A stretch of 64,000 nucleotides of DNA from assembly GCA_030704615.1 (NCBI GenBank), contig CM060732.1:50902001-50966000 (forward strand), read 5' to 3'. A model generated the notes under the pieces. It was not told the origin of the DNA, did no database searches, and was given only the letters and a program-made list of their open reading frames with translations. This document shows positions 52,608-64,000 of the stretch, piece after piece (position 1 is the stretch's first letter; every line of letters starts with the position of its first letter). Source of the DNA: Takakia lepidozioides. Taxonomy: Eukaryota > Plantae > Bryophyta. Made by a program: the position numbers and the translations under genes.

Positions 52608-55600
52608 ATGGCTTCCTCTGAAGCGGAGTTCTTCTCAGACGACAAACCAGTGCCGTTCTCCCAGGAAGTCCTTGACAATGGATTTGCAATTGTTCTGGAA
52701 CATGTCTTGGCTACCCGTTTTCAGCTGCAGAATGGCTCCATCTTTTTGGAGAAAGAGGTTTACGATCTGAAAGGGAAGTTGGTGAAATATTCTTTCCAAA
52801 ACCGTGATGAGACGCTCATATCAGCCAGTGGAGAGTGCGTCCTGGTCGATACAGAGTACTTGGAGAGCCTCGGCGAAAGTCCCTTGGGTCATATGTGACG
52901 CCCGGGACTGCTGCTTCGGTCGTTGAAGACAAGAGGGAGGTGGTGGTGAAAAAAGAACAGACTTCCTCCACTCCAATCGTTGAGCTTTCGGATTCTTCCG
53001 ATGATGACATAAGTGAAATTCCAAATCCAGTCCTTCCTACTGTGGTTGCAGAAGCTGATGAAGAAGAGATTTGTAGTGTCATTCCAAAATTGCGGGCGAT
53101 GGGAGGAATGGCTGGATTCAAAAGTGAGTTGCGGGGAATTGATTGGGAATCTTTGAAGCAGGTGCCTGTGAAGTTCTTGCCGGAGACTTTTGATGGCGAT
53201 ATCCTATTCGAGCTGCCTCCTCCTCCGCGAGTTGGAGGTGTAACAATCATGATGCATGGAATGGACAAGAAACACGACGGGCACCCGTGGTGCAGAACAA
53301 AAACATCCAATATTCAGAATGATGACAAGCTTGTTTTCAGGAGGACAGTTTTGCAATGGACACCTTAGGTGTGATAATTTGAATTGCAGACACTTTCTTC
53401 AGTCTGGGTTCATAATCAAAGCGAATGGGAGGGTCTGGCTGGGACTGCCCCTCCACCGGCAAACACTTTCGTCTGCAAATTCTGCAAACTTGTGCCATCC
53501 TGCTTGGCGCTCTGCGGAGCAAGAATGTACTATGTTGTCCACCGTTTGAATACAATGACGAGAGCTTGTGTGCATTTTGGATTCCATAACCATCCTGTCT
53601 CGAAGGGGGATTACAGGGAGAGTGTTGAGACAGTATCGAGGTTGATCAAACAGGAGTTCGGGAGAAACCCATCCGCAACAACATCTGCAATTGCTCTTGG
53701 CGCAAGCAAGTCCTTCTTGGAAAGCCATATTTTGAGTGAAGGAGATTCTGTGGGGACTAAACTTGACGGTGCAGCATTGGACCTGGTCATGGATCATTTC
53801 TCCACTTTAAGTTCACCTAACATTCGGCATCAGATCAATGCATTGAGAATGGGCTCTGGGATCAGAGGCTACATAGACAATATTTTGGAATTGAAACGAG
53901 TGAGCAAGTACGATTACATCCAGGACAATGTATTCCCAGGTCAAGGTGCCATCAAAGTTTTTCTTTTCAAAATGTCGACTGTTGGGGAGGGCAGTGGGGT
54001 TAGCCTCGTGAAGCGGATGCAGAAGACTGGGGACTTGCAGAACTGTTTTCTTATGTTTGATCATGTGAAACGAGTGAAGGATTGACGACAATGGCTTGTC
54101 ATGTCTACGATCCAGTGTACCAACGAGTTATGACAATTGCAGTTTGTGACATGCAATCCGAGGATACGGAATCCCAGAAGCTCATGTGGAATTCCCTGAT
54201 ACGTGTCATGGGCTGCCATGGGCTGCCATCTCCAAATTTCGCAGGTTTCATGGCGGATAGTGCTCAAGCAAATTTCAATGCTGTTCGTATTGTCTTCGGA
54301 TCGGGCGACCCAAAAGTGCCTATGCCAGGAAGAGAGCGTACATGTCTATTCCATTGGACACAATCTCTGGAAAAACATACAAAGTCGGACATCAAACCAG
54401 AGATGCAGACTCAGCACCGTAAATTGTGCAAAGAGTACAAAGATGCTAGAACAATGAAGGAGGCGGACACTTTGTTCCAGACAATTCGTGCCTGGTGGTT
54501 CTCTTCTGGAGCTGCATCACTTGAGAGTATGAGAGCATTGGAAGATTGGCTGGCGTTTTGGCACTTCCGGTATAGACAGTGGGGAGCAGCCATGACAATG
54601 GTACGAGGCTTCTATTTCATGCTTTATTCATACATTTGCTTTCCATATTTTTGACTCATTGCTTTCTTTATGTTGTTTCCTGTGCACTTTCTGAAGTGTG
54701 GTTATCCTCTTTGCAACATGTCCATTGAGGAAATGGCGGACATGCCATCTTGCAATTTGGCAGAAACTGTGCACAATGCATGGTTGCAGCAGTCTGGGAA
54801 ACGAGGTCGGGATTTGTATGTGGCAACAACAGATGATTTGATACGTGCCTTGCAACAACAAACCCGATACCGTGATTTCTTACGAGGTGGGGTTGGTGGC
54901 AAGGGTCCGGACAAATGGGAGTTGATGTTGCGTGCTGCAAACAGATCTGGGGATCCAATCAAGATAGCACGGGCGGTGAGCATGTATGCCCAGGGAACGC
55001 CACTTGTTTCTAGAGTTCCACATCTTGAAGGGGAGGAGAGATTCGGCTCCTGTAAGAGGAAATTGAACACTCCACCTGGTTCGGATTCAGATTCCCACAG
55101 GGCAGACCGTGATAACTTCTCGAAGCCTCGTGTTCCCCTGCATGACAGCTCCGTGTCCGGAACCTCCATTGTGGAGGAACCTCCAACACGACGGCAAGCT
55201 CCAGCATCAAACCGTGCCACTGAAATGGTGCAGGAGAGAAACAACCCCCTTGATGTGCTTGAGTCCGCATGCCCCGACCACGTTTGGCACATAGAACGCA
55301 CAAGTGTCGGGTCTCGTGTGAAATGTACAGCGATCAGGGCAACTAATTTCGAGAAGTGCACTTCATCTATATCCAGAGGTGGTGCCCGAACTCCTGCTCC
55401 GACTTTCACGGGCTTGATGCGTCCATACGGTCAACCAGAAGCCAAGAACCACAAGTTCTGGTTCGCAGATGATTGTGCCAGATGTGTGCATGGAACTGTG
55501 CGTCCTTCCGTAGTGATGAAGCCATCTCCTCCAACCGTTTGGCCCGTGAAGGTGGGAACACATCTCAGCTTTCAGGAGATTGAAATGCTGGAGGAGGCAG

Positions 55601-56096
55601 GTTTTTCCCTTGCGAGACAACCCCAACTCCATGCATGTGCTACTACTCCTGCGTCCTCCCGGGTCCCCCCGGCAAATCCTGACTTGTGGCCAACCAAACG
55701 AGATGGAAAGCTCGTTCGGCGTTTCCCTCCAACCGCTGAACACTTTGGCAAAGTGGAGTCCGCAAGAATGCTCCAAGCTCGTGTCGGAAGCACCACGGAA
55801 GTACCCCCAGGATATGGTCGGTATTCACAATCATCACTTCCACATCTGCTGTTCATGACAGGACCTACGACATCACGGTTTCCAATTTCCCCAATTGCAC
55901 ATGTCCTGATTTTGTGAATATGCTATCAACCAGTTTGGGCAAGAGAGGTAAATTCATACCCTGCAAACATTTGTATTTCATATTTTTGAGGAGGATGGTT
56001 TGCGATCCCAAACGTGACAACTTCATTCACCAGGCCACTATGAGTTTCAACGAGGTCGATACTCTTTTTGCAGCGGGACAAACAACACATGGGTAG
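52608..56096 (+). CDS. MULE transposase: GCM/WRKY-like zinc DNA-binding region + DDE core + SWIM; several frameshifts and a TGA at 54083
   Basis: DGHPW..CNGHLRCDNLNC..CKFC..C..HFGFHNHP; MFDHVKR, FMADSAQA, ERTCLFHW, CNLAETVH; SWIM CTCPDF..PCKH; probable intron about 54601-54697. Confidence 0.85.
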
Positions 56097-57289
56097 CATG
56101 AACTATGTAATGTGGTATGTGGATGACCATGATTTGAAATGTGTAATTCACATCAATTCGTCGGCTGTGCAATGATATGGCCTCCAACTATACGGAGTGA
56201 GGTCTGAGTGACAACTTTTAGGTAGTGCACATTGTCATTGCACCGTTCGAAGTCTACATGTCTTGCTGTCGCTATGCACTACAATCATCTTTTGAAGATG
56301 ATCATAACTCTCATTGTTATTTGAGGAGGGAGGAAGTCTTCTCGTGGCAGCCTTTATGGCGCACACTTTGTGAGGATATTTTGTCGTCTTCGTAATTGTA
56401 AAAGTGAAACAAGCATTTGTAATTGCACAATGTTGGATGCTGCAATTGTAGGCCTCAACGCTCGTCTTGATTCTATTTAGGCAAGATTCCTGCATTAATT
56501 CCACGGTAATAGGACCATCCACGGTTATAGGCGGCGCATGTTAATGCTGACGGGCAGTTGACGGACAGTGTGCCACGTCATCATTTACCGCCACATCAGC
56601 ATGCTGACATGACGCTCACGCCACGTCAGCGTGTGCAGGCTCAGCCACGTCAGCTGGCGTGAGCGTACGCTCACGCCACGTCACTCCTGCGTGAGCGTAC
56701 GCTCGCGCGCTCACGTGCAACGCTCACGCCATTGCGTCGTTGGTTGTGTAGGACGAGTAAAACACCATGCTAGGTCGAAAAAGAAATCCCTATAGGTGCA
56801 TGCATTATGAGCTGGCCGGTATACAACCATCTTGGACTCTCCAACCTCCATCAATCCTATCCAGCTGCTCGATACCCAACCATGTTCGATTCTGCAACAC
56901 ACAGATGTTCACATTTGAATCTAGCAAGGTAAGTAGTATGAAAAAAACAACATGAAGTTGAGGCTGAAAACAACAAACAGAAACAAGAAAGAGGCAAACA
57001 AGAAAGAAACAAAAGAAGAACAAGAAAAGAAGAGAAGAAGAAAACCCCCTGTACGTATGTATGCAAGACGTGAGTCGCAAGAGAATCACAAACGCCGTAG
57101 AGCGCACACGATTGAGGCCCTGGCAGGTCATCCCAAGCCCATAGAAGTAGGAGCACGAACAAGCACGACAGCTGGAAACCCTCGCTCAATCCAGATGGAG
57201 AACCCTACCTCCACGACGAAGTGAATAGCACATGCAGGTCCACGTGGTGCGATACCCACCGTTGGAAATGGAAGGATTGGGGGATCGGT

Positions 57290-58433
57290 CGAAGGGGATC
57301 AAAGCAGGAGATCGGCGGCAAGACCAGGGAGGGGATGGACGACCGGGGGAGCGCCACGCAGTGACCATCGTGCAAAACTATCGGACGGCGGGGACGGCCA
57401 CATCACGTTGAAGAGGGCCAAGGGGGATGAGTCCTGGGGAGTAGGGATCGGGAACGGATCGACATTGGGGGTGCCGGCACGCGGTCGAGGGGATGGCCGC
57501 GCGGCGAGCGAGGGGGGGGGGTGGGGGGTCGACGACGAGGGACCGCGACGTGGCCCACGTGTGAGGAGGGTCAATCGAGGCGGGGGGAGCGACAACGCGG
57601 GATTGCGCCGTCCTTGGTCGAAGGCCCGGGAACCGCGCCTGGGCTCGGGGGATCAGGCCTCTAACCGTTGGAGGATTGACGGCGGAGGGATTGCGATGTG
57701 GCGGCGTGTCACTATGAACGGCAGTGGTTGTAAGTAAGATTGATGCGTAGGGGATCAACGGTTCGAGGAGAACCACGTGGCGCACGATTGGGAGTGGGGG
57801 ATCACTCCCACTGGACGGGGGATCAACCCAGTTGCGGGGATCCCGCCTCCGATGGATGAGGGGATCGACGGTGGGGGGAGTGCCACGTGGTGGTGCGCGT
57901 GCCATGGGGCCTTCATCGGCCGTTGTCTCCACTGCGCGGGAGGATGCGGGGATGAGGGTCGGATGACCCAGAACATCCATTGTTTTGAGGTTGGATGGAT
58001 GAGCAGGGGATCGACGGTTCGGGGGCCAGCACGTGGCGGCGATTAGGGTGGGGGATCACTGCCGGTCCGGAGTGGGGATCAAGCCAGGTCGGGGTAGCGG
58101 CGACGTGTCGGGGGATCACGCCGTGGATGGGAAGAGGGATCGGCGGCGGGGGAGCGCCACGTGCCGTCTGATGGTGAGGGGGATCAGCACCGCATTGGAC
58201 GGGGGATCAACCGAGGGGGGGTGGGGGGGTGGGGGCGACGTGTCGGGGGATGGGCCGTCGATGGGAAGAGGGGATCGACAGCGGGGGGAGCGGGATTGAT
58301 TGGGGATGACGGGCGGGATGACACCTAACATCCATTGTTTGTGAGGTCGGATGGATGCGCAGGAATCGACGGTCCGGAGCCATACGTGGCGGGTGATAGG
58401 GTTGGGGGATCAAGCGCGTGGGGGGGAGCGCGA
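57290..58433. repeat. GC-rich GGGGATC/CACGTG low-complexity region with an internal duplication
   Basis: Numerous gggatc words; about 57970-58060 resembles about 58328-58412 (acatccattgttt..ggatggatg..atcgacggt). Confidence 0.6.
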
Positions 58434-59081
58434 CAACGACGCAATGGCGTGAACGTTGCACGTGAGCGCGCGAGCGTACGCTCACGCAGGAGTGACGTGG
58501 CGTGAGCGTACGCTCACGCCAGCTGACGTGGCGTGGCCTGCACACATGCTGACGTGGCGTGAGCGTCATGTCAGCATGCTGATGTGGCGGTAATGATGAC
58601 GTGGCACTGTCCGTCAACTGCCACGTCAGCATTAACATGCGCCGCCTATAACCGTGGATGGTCCTATGACCGTGGAATTAATGCAAAGAATCTTGCCTAA
58701 ATAGAATCAAGACGAGCGTTGAGGCCTACAATTGCAGCATCCACACATTGTGCAATTACAAATGTTGTTTTCACTTTTACAATTACGAAGACGACAAAAT
58801 ATCCTCACAAAGTGTGCGCCATAAAGGCTGCCACGAGAAGACTTCCTCCCTCTCAAATAACAATGAGAGTTATGATCATCTTCAAAAGATGATTGTAGTG
58901 CATAGCGACAGCAAGACATGTAGACTTCGAACGGTGCAATGACAAATGTGCACTACCTAAAAGTTGTCACTCAGACCTCACTCCGTATAGTTGGAGGCCA
59001 TATCATTGCACAGCCGACGAATTGATGTGAATTACACATTTCAAATCATGGTCATCCACATACCACATTACATAGTTCATG

Positions 59082-62000
59082 CTACCCATGTGTTGTATCC
59101 CGCTGCAAAAGAGTATCGACCTCGTTGAAACTCATAGTGGCCTGGTGAATGAAGTTGTCACGTTTGGGATCGCAAACCATCCTCCTCAAATATGAAATAC
59201 AAATTTGCAGGGTATGAATTTACCTCTCTTGCCCAACTGGTTGATAGCATATTCACAAAATCAGGACATGTGCAATTGGGGAAATTGGAAACCGTGATGT
59301 CGTAGGTCCTGTCATGAACAGCAGATGTGGAAGTGATGATTGTGAATACCCGACCATATCCTGGATCGGGTACTTCCGTGGTGCTTCCGACACGAGCTTG
59401 GAGCATTCTTGCGGACTCCACTTTGCCAAAGTGTTCAGCGGTTGGAGGGAAACGCCGAACGAGCTTTCCATCTCGTTTGGTTGGCCACAAGTCAGGATTT
59501 GCCGGGGGACCCGGGAGGACGCAGGAGTAGTAGCACATGCATGGAGTTGGGGTTGTCTCGCAAGGGAAAAACTTGCCTCCTCCAGCATTTCAATCTCCTG
59601 AAAGCTGAGATGTGTTCCCACCTTCACGGGCCAAACGGTTGGAGAGATGGCTTCATCACTACGGAAGGACGCACAGTTCCATGCACACATCTGGCACAAT
59701 CATCTGCGTAGAACCAGAACTTGTGGTTCTTGGCTTCTGGTTGACCGTATGGACGCATCAAGCCCGTGAAAGTCGAAGCAGGAGTTCGGGCACCACCTCT
59801 GGATATAGATGAAGTGCACTTCTCAAAATTAGTTGCCCTGATCGCTGTACATTTCACACGAGACCCGACACTTGTGCGTTCTATGTGCCAAACGTGGTCG
59901 GGGCATGCGGACTCAAGCACATCAAGGGGTTGTTTCTCTCCTGCACCATTTCAGTGGCACGGTTTGATGCTGGCTTGCCGTCGTGTTGGAGGTTCCTCCA
60001 CAATGGAGGTTCCGGACACGGAGCTGTCATGCAGGGGAACACGAGGCTTCGAGAAGTTATCACGGTCTGCCCTGTGGAATCTGAATCCGAACCAGGTGGA
60101 GTGTTCAATTTCCTCTTACAGGAGCCGAATCTCTCCTCCCCTTCAAGATGTGGAACTCTAGAAACAAGTGGCGTTCCCTGGGCATACATGCTCACCCGCC
60201 CGTGCTATCTTGATTGGATCCCCAGATCTGTTTGCAGCACGCAACATCAACTCCGATTTGTCCGGACCCTTGCCACCAACCCCACCTCGTAAGAAATCAC
60301 GGTATCGGGTTTGTTGTTGCAAGGCACGTATCAAATCATCTGTTGTTGCCACATACAAATCCCGACCTCGTTTCCCAGACTGCTGCAACCAGCATTGTGC
60401 ACAGTTTCTGCCAAATTGCAAGATGGCATGTCTGCCATTTCCTCAATGGACATGTTCTGCAAAGAGATAACCACACTTCAGAATAGTGCACAGGAAACAA
60501 CATAAAGAAAGCAATGAGTCAAAATATGGAAAGCAAATGTAATAAAAATAAGCATGAATAGAAGCCTCGTACCATTGTCATGGCTGCTCCCCACTGTCTA
60601 TACCGGAAGTGCCAAAACGCCAGCCAATCTTCCAATGCTCTCAACTCTCAAGTGATGCAGCTCCAGAAGAGAACCACCAGGCACGAATTGTCTGGAACAA
60701 AGTGTCCGCCTCCTTCATTGTTCTAGCATCTTTGTACTCTTTGCACAATTTACGGTGCTGAGTCTGCATCTCTGGTTTGATGTCCGACTTGTATGTTTTT
60801 TCCAGAGATTGTGTCCAATGGAATAGACATGTACGCTCTCTTTCCGGCATAGCACTTTTGGTCGCCCGATCCGAAGACCAATACGAATAGCATTGAAATT
60901 TGCTTGAGCACTATCCGCCATGAAACCTGCGGAAATTTGGAGATGGCAGCCATGGCAAGCCATGACACGTATCAGGGAATTCCACATGAGCTTCTGGGAT
61001 TCCGTATCCTCGGATTGCATGTCACAAACTGCAATTGTCATAACTCGTTGGTACACTGGATCGTAGACATGACAAGCCATTGTCGTCCAATCCTTCACTC
61101 GTTTCACATGATCAAACATAAGAAAACAGTTCTGCAAGTCCCCAGTCTTCTGCATCCGCTTCACGAGGCTAACCCCACTGCCCTCCCCAACAGTCGACAT
61201 TTTGAAAAGAAAACTTTGATGGCACCTTGACCTGGGAATACATTGTCCTGGATGTAATCGTACTTGCTCACTCGTTTCAATTCCAAAATATTGTCTATGT
61301 AGCCTCTGATCCCAGAGCCCATTCTCAATGCATTGATCTGATGCCGAATGTTAGGTGAACTTAAAGTGGAAATGATCCATGACCAGGTCCAATGCTGCAC
61401 CGTCAAGTTTAGTCCCCACAGAATCTCCTTCACTCAAAATATGGCTTTCCAAGAAGGACTTGCTTGCGCCAAGAGCAATTGCAGATGTTGTTGCGGATGG
61501 GTTTCTCCCGAACTCCTGTTTGATCAACCTCGATACTGTCTCAACACTCTCCCTGTAATCCCCCTTCGAGACAGGATGGTTATGGAATCCAAAATGCACA
61601 CAAGCTCTCGTCATTGTATTCAAACGGTGGACAACATAGTACATTCTTGCTCCGCAGAGCGCCAAGCAGGATGGCACAAGTTTGCAGAATTTGCAGACGA
61701 AAGTGTTTGCCGGTGGAGGGGCAGTCCCAGGCTGAAATGGATTCTCCGCCAGACCTCCCATTCGCTTTGATTATGAACCCAGACTGAAGAAAGTGTCTGC
61801 AATTCAAATTATCACACCTAAGGTGTCCATTGCAAACTGTCCTCCTGAAAACAAGCTTGTCATCATTCTGAATATTGGATGTTTTTGTTCTGCACCACGG
61901 GTGCCCGTCGTGTTTCTTGTCCATTCCATGCATCATGATTGTTACACCTCCAACTCGCGGAGGAGGAGGCAGCTCGAATAGGAATATCGCCATCAAAAGT

Positions 62001-62585
62001 CTCCGGCAAGAACTTCACAGGCACCTGCTTCAAGATTCCCAATCAATTCCCAGCACACTTGCGCAACTCACTTTTGAATCCAGCCATTCCTCCCATCGCC
62101 CGCAATTTTGGAATGACACTACAAATCTCTTCTTCATCAGCTTCTGCAACCACAGTAGGAAGGACTGGATTTGGAATTTCACTTATGTCATCATCGGAAG
62201 AATCCGAAAGCTCAACGATTGGAGTGGAGGAAGTCTGTTCTTTTTTCACACCACCTCCCTCTTGTCTTCAACGACCGAAGCAGCAGTCCCGGGCGTCACA
62301 TATGACCCAAGGGACTTTCGCCGAGGCTCTCCAAGTACTCTGTATCGACCAGGACGCACTCTCCACTGGCTGATATGAGCCGTCTCATCACGGTTTTGGA
62401 AAGAATATTTCACCAACTTCCCTTTCAGATCGTAAACCTCTTTCTCCAAAAAGATGGAGCCATTCTGCAGCTGAAAACGGGTAGCCAACAATTCCAGAAC
62501 AATTGCAAATCCATTGTCAAGGACTTCCTGGGAGAACGGCACTGGTTTGTCGTCTGAGAAGAACTCCGCTTCAGGAGGAAGCCAT
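59082..62585 (-). CDS. MULE transposase, copy 2 (frameshifted)
   Basis: Same peptides as 52608-56096; TGG (KDWTTM) where copy 1 has TGA; 18 extra bp (ENPFQP) absent from copy 1. Confidence 0.85.
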
Positions 62586-63441
62586 CTTCCTTCCTCGAGT
62601 ATGTTTGTACCTTGCTATCGCAGATCTAGTGTAAAATCGGTTTACTGCTGTCTCCAGAACACAGTTGAAGAATGAGCAGAGCATATGGCGGAGGAAGCTC
62701 AGATAACGACTGTGCATATTCTGTTATTCATTCCAGATATGCAGCCGTCCATTTTAATTACTTTTCTTGTGGGCCCAGTGGTCAGAGAATCCATAGGGGC
62801 AGTGTCGGCAACTGTTAAACCGTTAATCAGAACCTCATCAATAAACCCAATAACAAAGCCGACTTCCTGGAAGCATGCCACAGGATCCGAGAATGGGATT
62901 GCAGATTAAGTAAATGTATCTATATACTACTACCAATGATCATGCGCACCTGGAAAGTTCCAAATGTGCAACGAATGTGGGGTTTGGATAACAAGGATGA
63001 CCGTGTATGATATTCCAAAATTTGTCATCAAACTCTCGTTCATTTATATTTATTTGTTTAAGACTGCGCATCAATTTCTGGGATTCGCTGTTCTTTTAAA
63101 ATATTGAACCAGTTATAATTTAGAACACGCCGTTTTGTTTTGGGCGGCACACGTCAGACATCCATAACTGAATACGAACAGCTGTACACCAATTGCTGGC
63201 ATGTGCACTAATAAGGAAACGACTATGTGTAACGGTCACGCGGGAGGGAATCCGATGCTTCTAGAGACACGCAAGAACACAGGCAATCCCGCAAGAAATC
63301 GGGAGTCACTGCGTTTTTCTACTTTTCGCGCTTAGAGGGAGAGTGGTAGTCAAGCTGGAGAGGGTTCCTTCTAGAATACGAAAGAGAAGAAAGTCTCTTT
63401 ATTTTACTTCCCTTAGAGAGAGACGCAGAGCAAGAGAGAAA

Positions 63442-63740
63442 ATGACGAGGCGTCGTTTGTTGGAGAACACAGGGCCAAGGCAGCAGGTGAACGCGGAGAC
63501 TGATTCACAAGAGCAGACGGAGACTGAGGCAGCGGCTGCGACACAGTCGGCGATAAGAGTGCGCCAGCCTGTGGAGGCAGAGATGAATCGCAGGGACACT
63601 GAAGAAGGTGGAAGCACGCGGAACGCCGAACCTGAAGAAGGTCAAGAAAACCCTTGCGCAGACAGAAACTCCAGCAGATGTGAGAGGGAAGAGGAAAAGC
63701 TGCAGAAGGGGATCAAATTTCAAAACCTAAGAAGGTGCCA
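63442..63740 (+). CDS. Exon 1 of the cargo gene, copy 2
   Basis: MTRRRLLENTGPRQQVNAE identical to the copy starting at 51757; GTAAGT donor at 63741. Confidence 0.65.
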
Positions 63741-64000
63741 GTAAGTTTTATCATATAGTCTGTGTGATTGCCTTTCAAGGAGTCCTTCCTCTTCCATTCT
63801 TTAGCAGGAAACTAATGAATCGTTAACGCCATCGATTCTGCTATGAGATTTTTACAATGTGTTTTGAAGAGAGAGTTCTTGCACTTACTATTCTCCCTAA
63901 ACTACACTGAGGCTCGTTGCCGCAATCAGTTGCAACATATATGTCATTAAACACACACGATCGGCAGGGGTTATCTTTGGTGATTGTCGTTACCGCGTTC

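Larger units (their letters stand above)
46225..56742 (+). mobile_element. Full-length Mutator-like DNA transposon (10.5 kb) with imperfect TIRs and 10-bp TSD
   Basis: TSD GTTGTGTAGG at 46215-46224 and 56743-56752. Left end CAGGGATGCCTCGGCGTGAGC..CACGTGAGCGCGTGAGCG versus reverse-complemented right end CAACGACGCAATGGCGTGAGC..CACGTGAGCGCGCGAGCG. Contains a MULE transposase. Confidence 0.9.
58434..64000 (-). mobile_element. Second, inverted copy of the MULE, running off the window
   Basis: Reverse complement of about 51190-56742, beginning exactly at the element terminus CAACGACGCAATGG. Confidence 0.9.

Noticed and set aside
54702-55409. Antisense ORFs over the transposase, RT and RING genes (also 29072-29722, 39015-39344, 42859-43521)
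   Set aside because: Shadows of coding sequence on the opposite strand
56650-56742. Helitron 3' hairpin
   Set aside because: No CTRR end or Rep/helicase; the 10-bp TSD and DDE transposase indicate a MULE
51190-64000. Read fold-back or assembly artefact explanation for the large inverted repeat
   Set aside because: Unique 1.7-kb spacer, arm begins exactly at the TE terminus, and copy-specific differences; not fully excluded without reads

Overview
Eukaryotic DNA from a land plant, probably a non-seed plant: it has GT-AG introns, a SAUR gene and an Lhcb3 fragment. Many single-base indels sit in homopolymers, so some frameshifts may be long-read errors. 0.3-11.8 kb holds host genes: the 3' exons of IND1, a SAUR gene and a METTL25/RRNAD1-like methyltransferase. 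About 13.6-25.3 kb is a minus-strand Ty3/Gypsy element whose pol carries a DNMT3-like cytosine methyltransferase between protease and RT and ends in a PHD finger; its long leader contains a CACAGCC satellite. 26.4-32.9 kb is a degenerate chromovirus with a full 3' LTR and a truncated 5' LTR, followed by an Lhcb3 fragment, a copia RNase H relic and a host NOT4-type RING gene (38.4-40.1 kb). From 40.6 kb on is a nest of DNA transposons. A complete 10.5-kb Mutator-like element (46225-56742, 10-bp TSD GTTGTGTAGG) encodes a GCM-like/MULE/SWIM transposase. Divergently, it encodes a spliced gene with a ParB/Srx-like (D)GNHR region and an N6/N4 amino-methyltransferase-like region, whose two large introns hold 11 copies of a 20-bp palindrome (consensus GAATGTCGTCAACGACATTC). 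A second copy lies inverted from 58434 to the window end, and an internally deleted relative lies at about 40.64-41.93 kb. All three sit in or next to a Ulp1-protease-bearing element. The best candidates for undescribed biology are the MULE cargo with its palindrome arrays and the DNMT3+PHD Gypsy element.
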